Below, piece after piece: positions 40,059 to 53,270 of a stretch of DNA of 64,000 bases. The position numbers were made by a program, and so were the translations under genes. The stretch covers positions 47,244,001 through 47,308,000 of the forward strand of contig OZ024742.1 of NCBI GenBank assembly GCA_964016885.1, given 5' to 3'. Below the pieces are notes generated by a model that saw only the letters and a list, made by a program, of their open reading frames with translations, was not told the origin of the DNA and searched no databases. The DNA comes from Eledone cirrhosa (Eukaryota). Position 1 is the first letter of the stretch. Each line of letters begins with the position of its first letter.

Positions 40059-40678
40059 AACCAGTAAGACCCCGACAGCTGAGCTCAAGCCGTTTCGACG
40101 GCTAATTCTGGACTAAATGAAAATTTATCCTGGTATTTAAATAGCCGATCTTCTCAAGGGGTAATTCCATATATGGTCAAAGTGATTGTCAAAAATCAGT
40201 AGTAATTCTGTGGTTGCAAATTAGTAGGGGAGATGGTGGCTAAACCTGCCAGTAGGAGAAAGAGGGGAGGGGGTGGAGTAGACCCAATCAAGCGTTGGTA
40301 GTGCCAGCTACAGCTGGGCATGAGGTCAAAGAAGATACAGCTGTAGCTGGCACTACCAACGCTTGATTGGGTCTACTCCACCCCCTCCCCTCTTTCTCCT
40401 ACTGGCAGGTTCAGCCACCATCTCCCCTACTAATTTGCAACCACAGAATTACTACTGATTTTTGACAATCACTTTGACCATATATGGAATTACCCCTTGA
40501 GAAGATCGGCTATTTAAATACCAGGATAAATTTTCATTTAGTCCAGAATTAGCCGTCGAAACGGCTCGAGCTCAGCTGTTGGGGTCTTACTGGTTCCTAT
40601 TACCCACTCTACTACCTCAAGTATTGAGTACTTTGGTGCGTTATGGTCCACCTGGTTCCTTACCACATTTCCTTCGTT
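40056..40678. mobile_element. Family C fold-back element (about 260-bp near-identical arms plus tail) in (TA)n
   Basis: Arms 40056-40316 and 40338-40600, tail to 40678. Fragments at 32291-32348 and 41801-42008. Confidence 0.85.
40492..40585 (+). ncRNA. Type I hammerhead candidate with U3:A8 core (UUGAGAA)
   Basis: ACCCC-TTGAGAA-GA(T)CGGCTA...TAGCCGTC-GAAA-CGGCT..AGCTG-TT-GGGGT. Mirror copy on minus at 40069-40162 has a GUC triplet. Confidence 0.75.
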
Positions 40679-41385
40679 ATATATATATATATATATACTG
40701 CTTCCCTTTACTCCGTATCTCTCACTTCCGTTTACCCCCTCTGGCAGTCACTCTCTCTGCTAGCCTCTTCCTTACACTTTCACTCACTCACTCTCTGCTA
40801 CTCCCTCTCCTACTTCCTCCTGTTTGACCTGTGCGAAATTCTTTCCTTACTCACATTTCGACCAGGTCGGATGGTCTTTATTCTCTCTCGTCTACGATTT
40901 CACAGAACTTATGTTCATCGATTTCAGGGACTTGACACCTTCTTCCTCACTTTTCGTTGCATTACCATCTTTGTTTGTTTACTGTTTCGCTCGTTCCCCC
41001 TATCTACGTGTCCCAACGACTTTCTTTAGCCGTTGCTTGTACCAACCGGAGGTATATGGTCTTTAAAGCGATAAAATACCAATGAAGGCTGGAAGATCAC
41101 TGATGAAGGACTAAATTTATTCATATATAACCAATTTGCAACCACGCAGCACGCCATGTTTTCATATTTATGATATATATATATATATATATATATATAG
41201 CAATAATAATAAATTTGAAGACTAAAATCCAAAGAGGGCTCGATAAGGATAAATATATATAAGTTATATAAGAACCGTATATATATATATGTTTATATAT
41301 ATATATACATATATAATCAAGGTTTAGCAAATAAGAAAAAGTTTCGAAATAAATAAAAAAATATTCATTGTACTCACTATGGTTA

Positions 41386-41470
41386 CCTTTACCGAATCGG
41401 TTTCGAGTCTCAAAAATAAATGGACAGTCCTTGCAGCATTTCATTGAAAAGATAAACTCTCGTCAGAAGG
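41386..41470 (-). ncRNA. Type I hammerhead candidate (CUGACGA core)
   Basis: Minus strand reads CCTT-CTGACGA-GAGTTT...AGACTC-GAAA-CCG-ATT-CG-GTA-AAGG. All three stems pair. Confidence 0.75.
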
Positions 41471-41594
41471 GTCTTTTCACTCGGAGAATATAAAATTCCC
41501 AGGTTCAAATTACGAACTGGCGCTATTCAAAATTGTTCCCGAGATGAGAATGAATGATGTTGAAGCAATTCTGTCCAGTGCCGTGTGTAAAGCT

Positions 41595-41728
41595 AGAAGC
41601 AGAGGCAGGGAGGTCAGTCTACTACCACTATAAATAGCAGCAGTCAGAACGACCAAATTTTATCTCGACCAAGAGGAGAATAATAGAATTTATAGTGGTA
41701 GTAGACTGACCTCCCTGCCTCTGCTCCT
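41595..41728. repeat. Short inverted repeat (about 41-bp arms)
   Basis: AGAAGCAGAGGCAGGGAGGTCAGTCTACTACCACTATAAAT and its reverse complement ending at (TA)n. Confidence 0.8.
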
Positions 41729-41734
41729 ATCTTT

Positions 41735-41780
<46 letters not shown>

Positions 41781-42004
41781 TCGTTCCTATATATATATAT
41801 AACGAAGGAAATGTGGTAAGGAACCAGGTGGACCATAACGCACCAAAGTACTCAATACGTAGGGTAGTAGAGTGGGTAATAGGAACGAGTAGGACCCCGA
41901 CGGCAGAGCTCAAGCCGTTCCGACGGGTAATTCTTTTTTTTTTTTTTTAGTCCAGAATTAGCCGTCGAATCGGCTTGAGCTCAGCCGGCGGGGTCCTACT
42001 CGTT

Positions 42005-42081
<77 letters not shown>

Positions 42082-42119
42082 CAAGCTGAAGATCCGCTAA
42101 GGTGAAACAATTGTTCTCG
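42082..42119 (+). ncRNA. Minimal type I hammerhead candidate
   Basis: CAAG-CTGAAGA-T-CC-GCTAA-GG-T-GAAA-CAATT-GTT-CTCG. Palindromic stem III ACAATTGT, weak stem I. Confidence 0.55.
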
Positions 42120-42214
42120 GTATGGTGAACTAACTGTTGTGTAACCACTTCTACTTAACTTGTCCCATGGACTGAGTGCTCTACCACTACGGATATTACC
42201 TTCCAGTGTTCTAC

Positions 42215-42256
<42 letters not shown>

Positions 42257-42394
42257 TTAATGTAGATGAGATTCCACAGGTCTAGAACTGTTTCATTCTT
42301 TAGAAATCAACAGGAATCCTATATTACAACTTTTATACTCTGCTATGTATTGAATATCTTACTTACTGTGGTTGCCTCCAATTCAACCCAGAAT

Positions 42395-42521
<127 letters not shown>

Positions 42522-43284
42522 AATCCATCCGTTCGGTTTTGATTGTTGACATATCTACACGTGTCGTAGAGGCTTCTCTGTTCGCAATCCTTTGCGACAG
42601 GTTATTACCTCGGTCGTTAAAAAACCTCCTGGATTATCTGACTTTCCCTTCCCCCCCTCACTTCCGGTTGCTCGTGGGTCTCTCTCACTCTCACTTGTCC
42701 ATGAGATAGTCAACACGATTAATACCAGCTCCGAGGCGTAGCTGACCACCAGGTTTAAGTCTTTCAGGATCGCCACAACTTACTTTCCCTATTTTTCCAC
42801 GGTTACTCATATGCATGTTTCTTTCTCCTGTGTCTTCCCACGATGGGACCTGTTCTCATTTTTTCTCCTTTTTCTCCCTTTTTTTCTTCTCTCTTTCTAT
42901 CTATCTCCTCACCATTTTCCCTCCTCTCGTCTTCCTCTTTTCCCTCTTTTTTCCTTTTTCTATTTTTTCTCTCTTTTTTTCTCTCTCTTTTTTCTCTCCT
43001 TTCTCTGTCCTTTTCCTCCTGGCCTTTCGAGTAATAAAAAGGCTTTGGTCGCTCCCGATCTCTACAGATGTCCTGTCATTGAGCGCCAACAAATCTGATC
43101 GGGATATTTACAGCTGACGAAGGATTCTTCTTTCTTTTTCTCCTCTTGTTCCGTCCTAACCACCATCCTAAACCTTGGTTTTAGTAAACACACAGCTCCT
43201 TTCGTTTCGTATGATTTTATATATATAGACAACAAACATGTATAAATATACAATACATGTACATACAGCTTTACACACACATAA

Positions 43285-43362
<78 letters not shown>

Positions 43363-43620
43363 GTATGCATATACAGTGGCGGTCTGAGTCTAAATATATT
43401 GGTTGCCAGGAGACGAAGGGGCTCACATACATATAAAATGCTATCTATTAATGTTTATAATAAATAAATCACATTTTCAAAAATACATAGGTAGGAACAA
43501 AACAGTGCAATCAAATTTTCGCGGAAAAATATCTTACCTTCTCCAATAAAAAATATTATGCATTTTGCGAAAGCCAGAGACTTTTCAATAATGAACATTG
43601 GTTTTCACACTCACTTACTC

Positions 43621-43754
<134 letters not shown>

Positions 43755-46700
43755 GTATAAAAGAGAAAACACAGGTAAGCATTAAGAGAAGGTTTTTATC
43801 CAGGTATTTACGACTGTTTCATTGGTAAGTGCAACCTTATATTGCTATACTGCAAATACCAGCCACTCAATTATAATTGTTGTTCACAGTCCAAATTATC
43901 AAAATAGTGAGTAAGTTACTCTTGAAATAATTCTTAATATATAGTGAAAATCATTTATTCGAGATTGTATTTACTAGTATAGAGAGAGAGGAATCAGAAG
44001 GTGAGGGGACAAACGGAATAGTATAGAGTGAGAGAGGAAGGGGAAGACTTAGGAAGTAGAGTGACAAACTGAGATGGAGGGAAGGGTAGAGGTGGAAGGA
44101 TTCCTTGATCACTTTTGATATTCAGACTTCATGTCGTGGAATGCAGTGAGTTAAAGAGAATTAAATTGATCATAGTGGGAGGACAAAACATCAAATGTGT
44201 ATACGATGGATGTCAATACATACAATAGCTTCATACGGAAGGAATTACATTGGAAATACAAAAAAACTAACTGATAAACATAAAAAACGAGGCACACAAT
44301 AGAGTAAAAAACCTAAGAATAGACGACAGAACGGAGCCACTTAGGCCATGTACCCCCACATTTAATCTCAAGGACCACAAGGTAAATTTTGATTATAACC
44401 CCACAATTAGACTTATATGCCCGTCCAAATCGGACATCGGGAAAACTAGTAAATATATATTAGACAGAGTGATAGCACAAATGAAGAATAAACTAGTGAT
44501 TAAACTATGGGGTAACGCTACCGAAACAATTAAGTGGTTTAACAATATAGCTAACAAAGAAGTATCTACATTTATACAATTTGACATTCACGATTATTAC
44601 TCATCTATATCCCCCAACATCTTGGATAACGCCTTAGCATTCGCCAAAGCCAATTCTGACATAATAGACGACGAGATAAAAATCATATTAGCTGCCAGGA
44701 AAACAATAATTACATTTGAAAACGCCTATTGGGAACGTAAGGATAGATTAAATAACTTTGACATCACGATGGGGGCTAACGACTCGGCTCAAGTCACAGA
44801 TTTAGTAGGTATTTACGTAGCCCATAGTTTACAAAATGAGTTTAGCGATCTTCACGGTGGAATCTACAGAGACGACGCCCTTCTCCTAGTTAAGAACCTA
44901 AATAACCAGAGCATAGAAAGACTCCGTAAGAATATTAGAAAGACTCTCGGGAAACTAGGCCTTAGCATAACGTATGAGTATAGCACTAAAACAGTTAACT
45001 TTCTAGACGCGGAGCTTAACTTAAATATGGGACTTATAAGACCTTTTCACAAGATTAATGAAAACTTAACATACATCAACTGTAACTCAAACCACCCACT
45101 ATCCATAATTAAATCCATTCCACGCAGCATATCCCTTAGGATCTCCCGCCTCTCGTCTAACCGACACATCTTCGAAGAGCATGCAGAATACTACAATACC
45201 GCATTAAACAAGGCAGGCCAATTAGATAGAGTAGAATATATAGATGAGAGCCTCCGTAAAGCGCACACGAACACGCATAACACAAACTCTGGAAACACAC
45301 GCACACACGCACTTACGCATAGAACTATAAAGTATACGGTAAATAGTAATAGAACATCGAAATCAAACAAGACACGTAGTAGAATATATATTTGGTATAA
45401 CCCCATATTTAACACCTCTATTAGTACTAACCTACCCTCTACCTTCTTTAGAATAATAAGTAAGCACTTTACAGGTTAACATAGATACAGCAAAATCCTT
45501 AACACTAAATCTATTAGACTATCTTACTCCACGGCACCAAATATAGAGGCACACATTAAGATGCTTAACGCTAAAAAGATACATAACAACAACAAAACAC
45601 AAATTTACAACAATAACAATACAGTCATCATTGAACACAACAGAATATCTAATACACAACCACCCGCTAATAGGCGAACAAAACGTAACACACTTGTACA
45701 GGCATCGCAGCCCACCAATAAGGCCAAAGTTGCCCATGACAAGTATTGTAACTGCCACCTACCTGAAACCTGTCCAATACATAATCAATGTATGCAGTCT
45801 AATGCACAGTGGAATCAGACAACCAGAAATGGTATTACATCGGAGCGTCTAGGAATACATTTAAAGCCCGTTGGTATACACACCCTTAGGCAATGAAACA
45901 TTCCTAGCATCGTTATGTAACTACCCTTGCAAACAAGACCTGGCAACTGAGGGAAAGTAACCATCAATACACCCTGAAGTGGAAAAAATTATCACACGCG
46001 CCCCCCATATCGGAGTGGTATGAGAAGCTGTCGATTATGCGACCTTGAGGTGTTCCACATCTTGAGTTCGAAGAATAAGTTACTCAACAATAAGATCAAT
46101 TTATTGTAACCATAGACTCAAAGAGAAGTTTTCGCACTACAAGTGCAAATCGAACCCTTAACCTCTTACTACCAACTGACAAACTGCATATACTTAGACT
46201 TTATACCATCTTGTTGTATCTAAACCCTTTTAATTACCCCCAAAACAATACCTATATCCCCCCCCCCTTCTCCTTCATTCCTCTTCTATTTCTTGACTAT
46301 CTTTTCTTTTCTTCTTTCTCCCCCTTCTTTGCTTTTATTTTTGTCATTATTATCTTTATCTTTATTTTTTGTATATATATTTATCTCTTTATATCTCCCC
46401 CATATCCCTCATATCCCTCTCTCTCTCTCTCTATCCATCCCTCCCACTATGATCAATTGAATTCTCTTTAACTCACTACATTCCACGACATGAAGTCTGA
46501 ATATCAAAACTGATCAAGGAATTCTTCCACCTCTACCCTCCCCCCATCTCAGTTTGTCACTCTACTTCCTAACTCTCCCCCTTCCTCTCTCTCTCTATAC
46601 TATTCCGTTTGTCCTCTCACCTTCTGATTCCTCTCTCTCTATACTAGTAAATACAATTCCAAATAAATGTTTTTCTCTATATATTAAGAATTATTTCAAG

Positions 46701-46866
46701 AGTAACTTACTCACTATTTTGAAAATTTGGACTGTGAACAACAATTATAATTGAGTGGCTGCTATTTGCAGTATAGCAATATAAGGTTGCACTTACCAAT
46801 GAAATGGTCGTAAATACCTGGATAAAATCCTTCTCTTAATGCTTACCTGTGTTTTCTCTTTTATAC
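43755..46866 (+). mobile_element. 5'-truncated Hydra-like Penelope element bracketed by inverted pseudo-LTRs, in (TA)n
   Basis: 43755-44182 is the reverse complement of 46440-46866. The internal RT/EN coding region starts abruptly at DKTSNVYTMD (about 44182). Confidence 0.9.
44182..46150 (+). pseudogene. PLE RT-GIY-YIG ORF, disrupted
   Basis: QFDIHDYYSSI, MGANDSAQVTDLVG, IYRDDAL, NFLDA, SNHP, WYNP, CNCHLPETCP and CRLCDLE. Paralog of 26860-28991. Confidence 0.88.
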
Positions 46867-47106
46867 TTTATACTCCAAGATTGAACGGAATTCTTACAAA
46901 CTTGTGGAGTTACCCCTAATCGTACGTTGAAACCATCCATGAAACTGGCTTTCTTAACGACGAACTGGATCACAAAAAGCAATTTTCTGCTTACCTAACT
47001 ATATATATATATATATACATCACCTTAACCACTAGTTGATTTGACAGATGTCTTTAATCCATTGGTACCAAACATTATTTGGTCTGTAGTTCGTGTGTAT
47101 GTGTAA

Positions 47107-47140
<34 letters not shown>

Positions 47141-47820
47141 TTGTATCTGTGTGTCTATATATGTATGTTTGCATGTAGGAATGAATACAGGCTTTAGATC
47201 TAGTAGAATTTACAACCACTGATTCCAGCTATTTGCACTATCATATATTTTGGTTTCTATTAATTTTCCGGGCAATTGGTTGACCAAATGCTTTGTTTAA
47301 TTGTTTTATTTATTAAAAAAAAGTAATTATTCTTTCTCTTAGACTTCAAGTATTTTTTTAAAGCGAAGCATTATCTCGGTGGCCTAGTTGGAGGAATCAT
47401 TGACGGTAGTGATCATGATCTGATGTTCGATACGGGACGGGAGTATGGTTCCCGTAAACCTATTCAGTTTTTTTCTATGGGATGTAAAATAAAAAGTGAA
47501 AAAGATTACATGCACGTGTCGACCAGAATTGAACCCAAGACAAGATTGCCACCGTCTCTAATATCTACCGCTAGTCCACTGAGACAGAAAATTAATACTT
47601 ATAATCCTTCTTTCAAAATTTTCCATGCAAAATGATGTTCATGTCTTTCTTAATGTTATTGCTGTTACTTAAGGTCGATTTCTAAATCATTTGGGTGCTC
47701 CATAAACTACATCCTCGTTTTGTTTCTCATATATCTAGACACTATTTTAACCTGTAATCATTGTTTGATTTCTGCTGCAGATAATTTCTCTTTCTTTCTC
47801 TCTGTGATATATATATATAT

Positions 47821-47955
47821 AGGTTTTAATATAGATGAGATTCTACAGGACTAGAACTGTTTCATTCTTTAGAATGAAACAGAGATTCCTGAGGATTTCT
47901 AAAGAATAAACAGTTCTAGTAATAGTCCTGTAGAATCTCATCTATATTAAAACCT
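47821..47955. repeat. Family D mini fold-back consisting almost entirely of an HHR
   Basis: GAGATTC-CTGAGGA-TTTCTAAAGAAT-(G)AAA-CAG..CTG-TA-GAATCTC, flanked by (TA)n. Relatives at 42254-42400 and 61155-61600. Confidence 0.75.
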
Positions 47956-47977
47956 ATATATATATATATATATATAT

Positions 47978-48710
47978 AAAGAATTAGTATATCTAGTAAC
48001 ATATATATACACAGATGCATACTTATGCGAGCAAATATATAGGTTTTGTCTTAGTAACTTTGAGGTTCAATGTATGGGGTTGCAGAACAATAATATGAGA
48101 GACGTAAAATAAGAAAATTATAAAATTAACTTACTTACTAAAATTTCACTCCCAACTAATTAGTTTCTGAAAGGGAATAAACATACTTTCCGAAGAAGCG
48201 TACGGAGAAGCCTTTCGTCATCAGGGAAGTCTATTCTCAGCTAAGTTTCCAGGCAATACGTGGACACAGGGAACTTATACAAAAATAATTCAGTGGATGG
48301 AAAAAAGCAAAGCGTGGACTAAATTCCAAGCCATTGAGAAAATCACTGCCTACTGCGTCGGTGGCAGATTCAAAAGAATCAATCACGTGACATCGAGGTC
48401 AATCAGTGGAGAGTGGTTTGTTAAGAAGACAGCAGCCGGACTGTTACTATAGCAGCAGTTTTGGCCAATTTTTGCTCGACAAATAATTTGGAGATAATTA
48501 TAAAGAATTAGTATATCTAGTAACATATATATACACAGATTGCATACTTATGCTAGCAAATATATAGGTTTTGTCTTAGTATCTTTGTGGTTCAATGCAT
48601 GGGGTTGCAGAACAATAATATGATAGACGTAAAATAAGAAAATTCCCTTTCAGAAACTAATTAGTTGGGAGTGAAATATTAGTAAGTAAGTTAATTTTAT
48701 AACTTTCTTA

Positions 48711-48712
<2 letters not shown>
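47978..48712. mobile_element. Family E tandem (period about 524 bp) plus inverted tail, HHR-bearing
   Basis: AAAGAATTAGTATATCTAG at 47978 and 48502, inverted tail 48643-48712. HHR on minus at 48148-48230. Confidence 0.8.
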
Positions 48713-48787
<75 letters not shown>

Positions 48788-48808
48788 AGAGAGAAAAAAA
48801 GAGAAATT

Positions 48809-48860
<52 letters not shown>

Positions 48861-49011
48861 TCTTTGAGGGTTCTAAACACCACTATCAGGCTAAAAGATT
48901 TTTAATCAAAAATACGGTGAAAACTTATATTTCTAATTTCAAAACATACTTACTTGTCATTTACTTGCTAAGAATGTAGCTTCTAATTTGAATGGAAGGA
49001 GATGAGTGATC

Positions 49012-49078
49012 TGTTGGTGTAATGGTAGCACAGTGGTCTGGATAACCAAAGATATAGGTTCGACTCCCATGTACGTCA
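49012..49078 (+). other. tRNA-like Pol III head (SINE or pseudo-tRNA)
   Basis: TGGTGTAATGGTAGCAC (A box/D arm) and GGTTCGACTCC (B box/T loop). Acceptor stem is poor. Confidence 0.4.
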
Positions 49079-49296
49079 ATACTTATCTTTTTCCATTTCT
49101 CTGAGGGTTCTAAATCCCACTATCAGGCTAAACATTTATTTAGTCAAAAATACGGTGAAAGATTATATTTCTAATTTCAAACTCGCTCACTGTTTCAAAA
49201 CATACTTACATATATATATATATATATATATATGGATAAATATATGTATAAATATATATATATATAAAGCATTCCATTTTTCAGTTATAATATATA

Positions 49297-50076
49297 CTAG
49301 CAGTAAAGCCCGGCGTTGCTCGGGGTCGCTCAGTAGCTGTGTTAAAGTTACAATGTTAAGTTTCTTTTTTGGCTTAAAAACTGTAGTGTCTACTGTGCAG
49401 ACTTGCATGTGGTGTTTTTGATTAATATTCCCTCAACCAACAATATGCCTTATGAAGTTAAGAAAACATAACGATAACCCGAATGTTATAACAAAAGAGG
49501 ATGCTGGGGATAAAAACTGCATTGGTTATTTATTAACAAAGATCGAAAATGTAAACACTGCAACGCAGAGAAAAACATTAGCGTAACCAAATTATCAGTT
49601 ATGTCTGTCTGCACGCCTATATCACCTCTCTGCACGACTGTCTGTCTGCACGCCTGAAATATTTGCTTGTTTTACGTAGTCTTTAAATAGACTTGTTTTC
49701 AAGTAAAAATATTGTTTTAAAATGCTTTTAAATGGAAATGAAGCAAAACGGAAGCTTAGTGTTCGAACTGATGAATTTTGCAGGTCAATATTTTGCTGGC
49801 TCGACAACTGTTAAAGCCAGCGTAATTTTTTACGTAAGACGCTCAATGTAAACAGAACAAAGGGAAATAACTGATAACTTACGCTCAAAAATCGATACAT
49901 TATATTCGATTTCGTCACATAGGGTGGGTCAATTTGAAATTTTTTTTTCCGATGTCTTCGCTAGGGCTCAATGTACAAGTCTAGCAATTTCGGTGCAATT
50001 CCGTGAGAGATTCTAAGAGGAGATGTGTGCCAAAAATCGATAGACAGACAGACAACCACAGTTTTATATATATAGA
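49297..50076 (-). mobile_element. Complete non-autonomous Helitron (about 780 bp)
   Basis: Minus strand reads A|TCTATATATATAAAAC...(GTCT)n ... hairpin CCGAGCAACGCCGGG ... CTAG|T. A/T insertion site, no TSD. Confidence 0.75.
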
Positions 50077-50879
50077 TTACACACACATATATCTAGTAGT
50101 AATATGCAACTAAAAATTCAAGGTGGTAGAGCAACTCAAGCCTATAGGACTAGCTCTAATATAAATATTTAGATCAGTGCTATACGAGTAAAATAACATG
50201 TAGTTACTATTCATTAGTCGTAGCTGAACCATTTGTTCAACTTCTACTGATGAAAAAAAAACGAAACTGTTTACTCAGTTTTGTGAGTAAAAGAAAAATA
50301 GGAAGAGAAGAGAGTTGAAACAAGGGCAGTTTATCCGGACGGTGTAAGGAGTTTATTTGACCTAAAAACATATTAGGGAGAGCAAATGCTAAAATAATAG
50401 TTAAAAATCATGACTAACAGTTACGGGCGCGGCTAGAAATAAATCGATGTGTTAAGAAAATATCCATCGGTTAAGAAAGATGTAGATTAATATTAAGGAG
50501 GCCTTTTCTTTAAACGTCACTTAGAACCCTGAGAGGATCTCGAGAAGAATGAGGACCGGGTTTTAAGTGGATTGTTATTGTCGTGGAGATTATTCAATAT
50601 CCATCAATTTTGATCATTATATAATTTGCAGGCGTTAAATAATAGAGCCCCAAAGTTTATGGATGTTCCTGTACAAATCCTAGGCCATGCCCACTGGATC
50701 AATAATAATATACGAAGCTGGGTGGGGTCTCCCCCATCGAAACAACACCTCTAAAACAGATCCTAGAAATACTTCCTCAATCACGAAACGATCTTCAAAT
50801 ATTCAAATAGATAAAGCACCACTAACTTGGCAAATAAAATATGATACCTTCTGCAGATACACACAGGTTTTAGGAAAGG

Positions 50880-51310
50880 TTGACGAGGGTTCATTTCATT
50901 TTCTCCACGCCCTTTTACTCTGCAGATTGATGCGAACAATCCATGTTTCATCATACATGATCATTCATTTCAAGAAATGGATCACATTTCTTTCGTTTAA
51001 ACAGAGAATCGTTGACGAATATGCACTCTATAACCCCCCCCCCCCCTAAATTATGAAGTGCCCAAACATCATAACGATTCTCGTATCCAAGAGTTTTAAA
51101 ATAGCTTGTAACGCTCATATGAGATATGTGACATATCTCTGCGAAGTCACGCGTTGTGTTACGTGGATTACAATCACTACAATCAGTACAGAGTACAATC
51201 AGTAACGACACCATCTCCATGAACATAGCATACAATTTTTATTGTTTGTGTAGCATGTTTTCCTTTCTGGAAATAAAAGAGCATCAAATGAGGAAAATGC
51301 ATCTCATTTT
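50880..51310 (-). pseudogene. Mariner transposase relic
   Basis: NPRNTTRDFAEICHISHMSV..LGYENRYDVWALHNL (WVPH-L linker), SLFKRKKCDPFL, then DETWI in another frame. Confidence 0.75.
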
Positions 51311-51489
51311 CCTCGAAAAGTACAGAGAATAGCTTACCACTACTAATGAAAATATGATAAAATAGAGAAATTGCTCTAAGTTCCTTCGTTGGCCTTGCAT
51401 ATTAATAAACTACTGTTAATTAAATAATTGTTCCTACTTTTGACACAACGCCATCGATCTGAAGGGATTTTAATTTGGTTAAATCCACC

Positions 51490-51618
51490 CCGGTTCATTA
51501 CTGTTATTATATTTTATCGACCCTGTAAGGATGAAATGCAAAGCTAACCGCGGTAGTTTTGGAACTCGGAACGTAAAGCATTTGTCGGACGCTTTGAAGA
51601 CTCTGGCAATCCACCGCC
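51490..51618 (-). mobile_element. SINE, diverged
   Basis: TTTTATCGACCCTGTAAGGATGAAA...GGCAATCCACCGCC. Confidence 0.65.
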
Positions 51619-53009
51619 CTAATCTTAAATAATGACTGCATGTGTGAGGGTAATTCAAAAATTGATTTATATGACTGCTTTTCATAAACATATATTCATC
51701 GTTACTGTAAAATGAACGAATTAATCTCTTCTGATGCGCCGGTAGTTAAGTATAATCCGAAAAGAAATTCTTCGTTTGTATCTAGTCTCGTGTACTTTTA
51801 TCAATACGTTTACTTGACAAACGAATTAAATGTATGTTTATTCAATTTTCGTAAGTAAATTTGTTCAAAACTTATCCACAAAACGTACTGTCTCAATAAT
51901 TCAGTTATCTATGAAATATGTTCAACCCATCATTCCTTGAAGTGAATTTCTCGAACATTAAATTGTGATAACAGGAAAATATAGAATTAAGGCAAAATTG
52001 ATGTAATATGTATCCAGTAGCACCAATTTAAACCACCTACCGTAGTGTATATTAGACGCTGTAGTAACATTTCTGTAACATCGATATCGATATCTTAATA
52101 CTTCAATTTGATAAAAGACATATATGCGAATGGAATATGATAGGAAAGATTCAGGATCTTCATTAGTGTGCTCTTCAAGAGGAGTCAATTATATAGAATT
52201 TGAAATTGAGTTAGGGAAACCTACATTCACAGTACTGTTCAAAAGCTGTAATTTCTTAGTTACGTTTCAATAGTTATTCGCATCACTAATATACTCTTAC
52301 CGAGGATACTCTTTCAAAAGTGATATTTAATTAAACCACATAAACAAAGGAAAAACATTATAAATAAGTTGAAGAAGGAACTTGTAATGTTCAAACGTTT
52401 TAAAACTTATTAACGAAATGAGCAGAAAATAAAATTTGAAGTGAGCATTTCCTTTAAATAACATTATTAAATATCTTCAAAAGAAATCGTGCAATCCACC
52501 AATAAACTAATCATCGACAGAAATATCACTAACAAATCTTTACATAAAGAATAAAAACCAACAATTTTGATTATGTTTTATTTAATTTATTAATATTGAT
52601 TTATTTATTGATTATATTTGTTAATGTTGTTCTACAATTGGTTATCTTCAATTGTAACGATTTCTTAAAATAGGTAGTAGGCTCTTCCACTGATAAGCCA
52701 TAATATTGTCGAATCTCTTCTGCATTGATTTTCTTTATACATATAAAGCTTGAAAACGACATTAGAAATTTAAATCAAAATTGAATCACCAAGAGAAGAA
52801 ACCGGAACATTATCCTCTGAAAGTTCATTAAAATCTGAAGATGTCAAATTTAGTTCCCGAAAGATTAGAACGGAAAAAAACGCAGCAACAACAACAAAAC
52901 AAGATTGACAGGTAACTTACATTTTCGTTACCTCATTTTACAGACCATTTTCCATTGTTTAGCCATATATCTCTCTCCACATTATATATACATATATATG
53001 AATACATAC

Positions 53010-53270
53010 ATGATGGCTGCAACTCGATTTCGAGTAATGCCATCGCTTGAGCATCACGGACATCTGCTACGGACTTGCTTGTGGCCAACAATATCATGCA
53101 CCGCAACAAAATGTCACATATCAAGCGATGCTTGTGCTTGAAGATTTTATAAGTGAGGAAAGGCATTGCACGGGACGAATCCCATTCTCTAAACATCGAA
53201 TGCATTTGCTCAAAAAGAACTGGTCTACTGAGATGGATGTTTGAAGAAGAGACTAGATTAATTTTTATAT
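53010..53270 (-). CDS. Possible internal exon of an unidentified host gene
   Basis: TACAG acceptor, GTATGT donor, 261 nt (symmetric phase 1-1), open frame of non-repetitive protein-like sequence. No family recognised. Confidence 0.25.

Noticed and set aside
47376-47580. Two tRNA-like A/B box stretches
   Set aside because: Too degenerate to fold as tRNA and probably old SINE heads.
50245-50272. CTGATGA-A8-CGAAAC as a hammerhead
   Set aside because: No stem II or stem I pairing.
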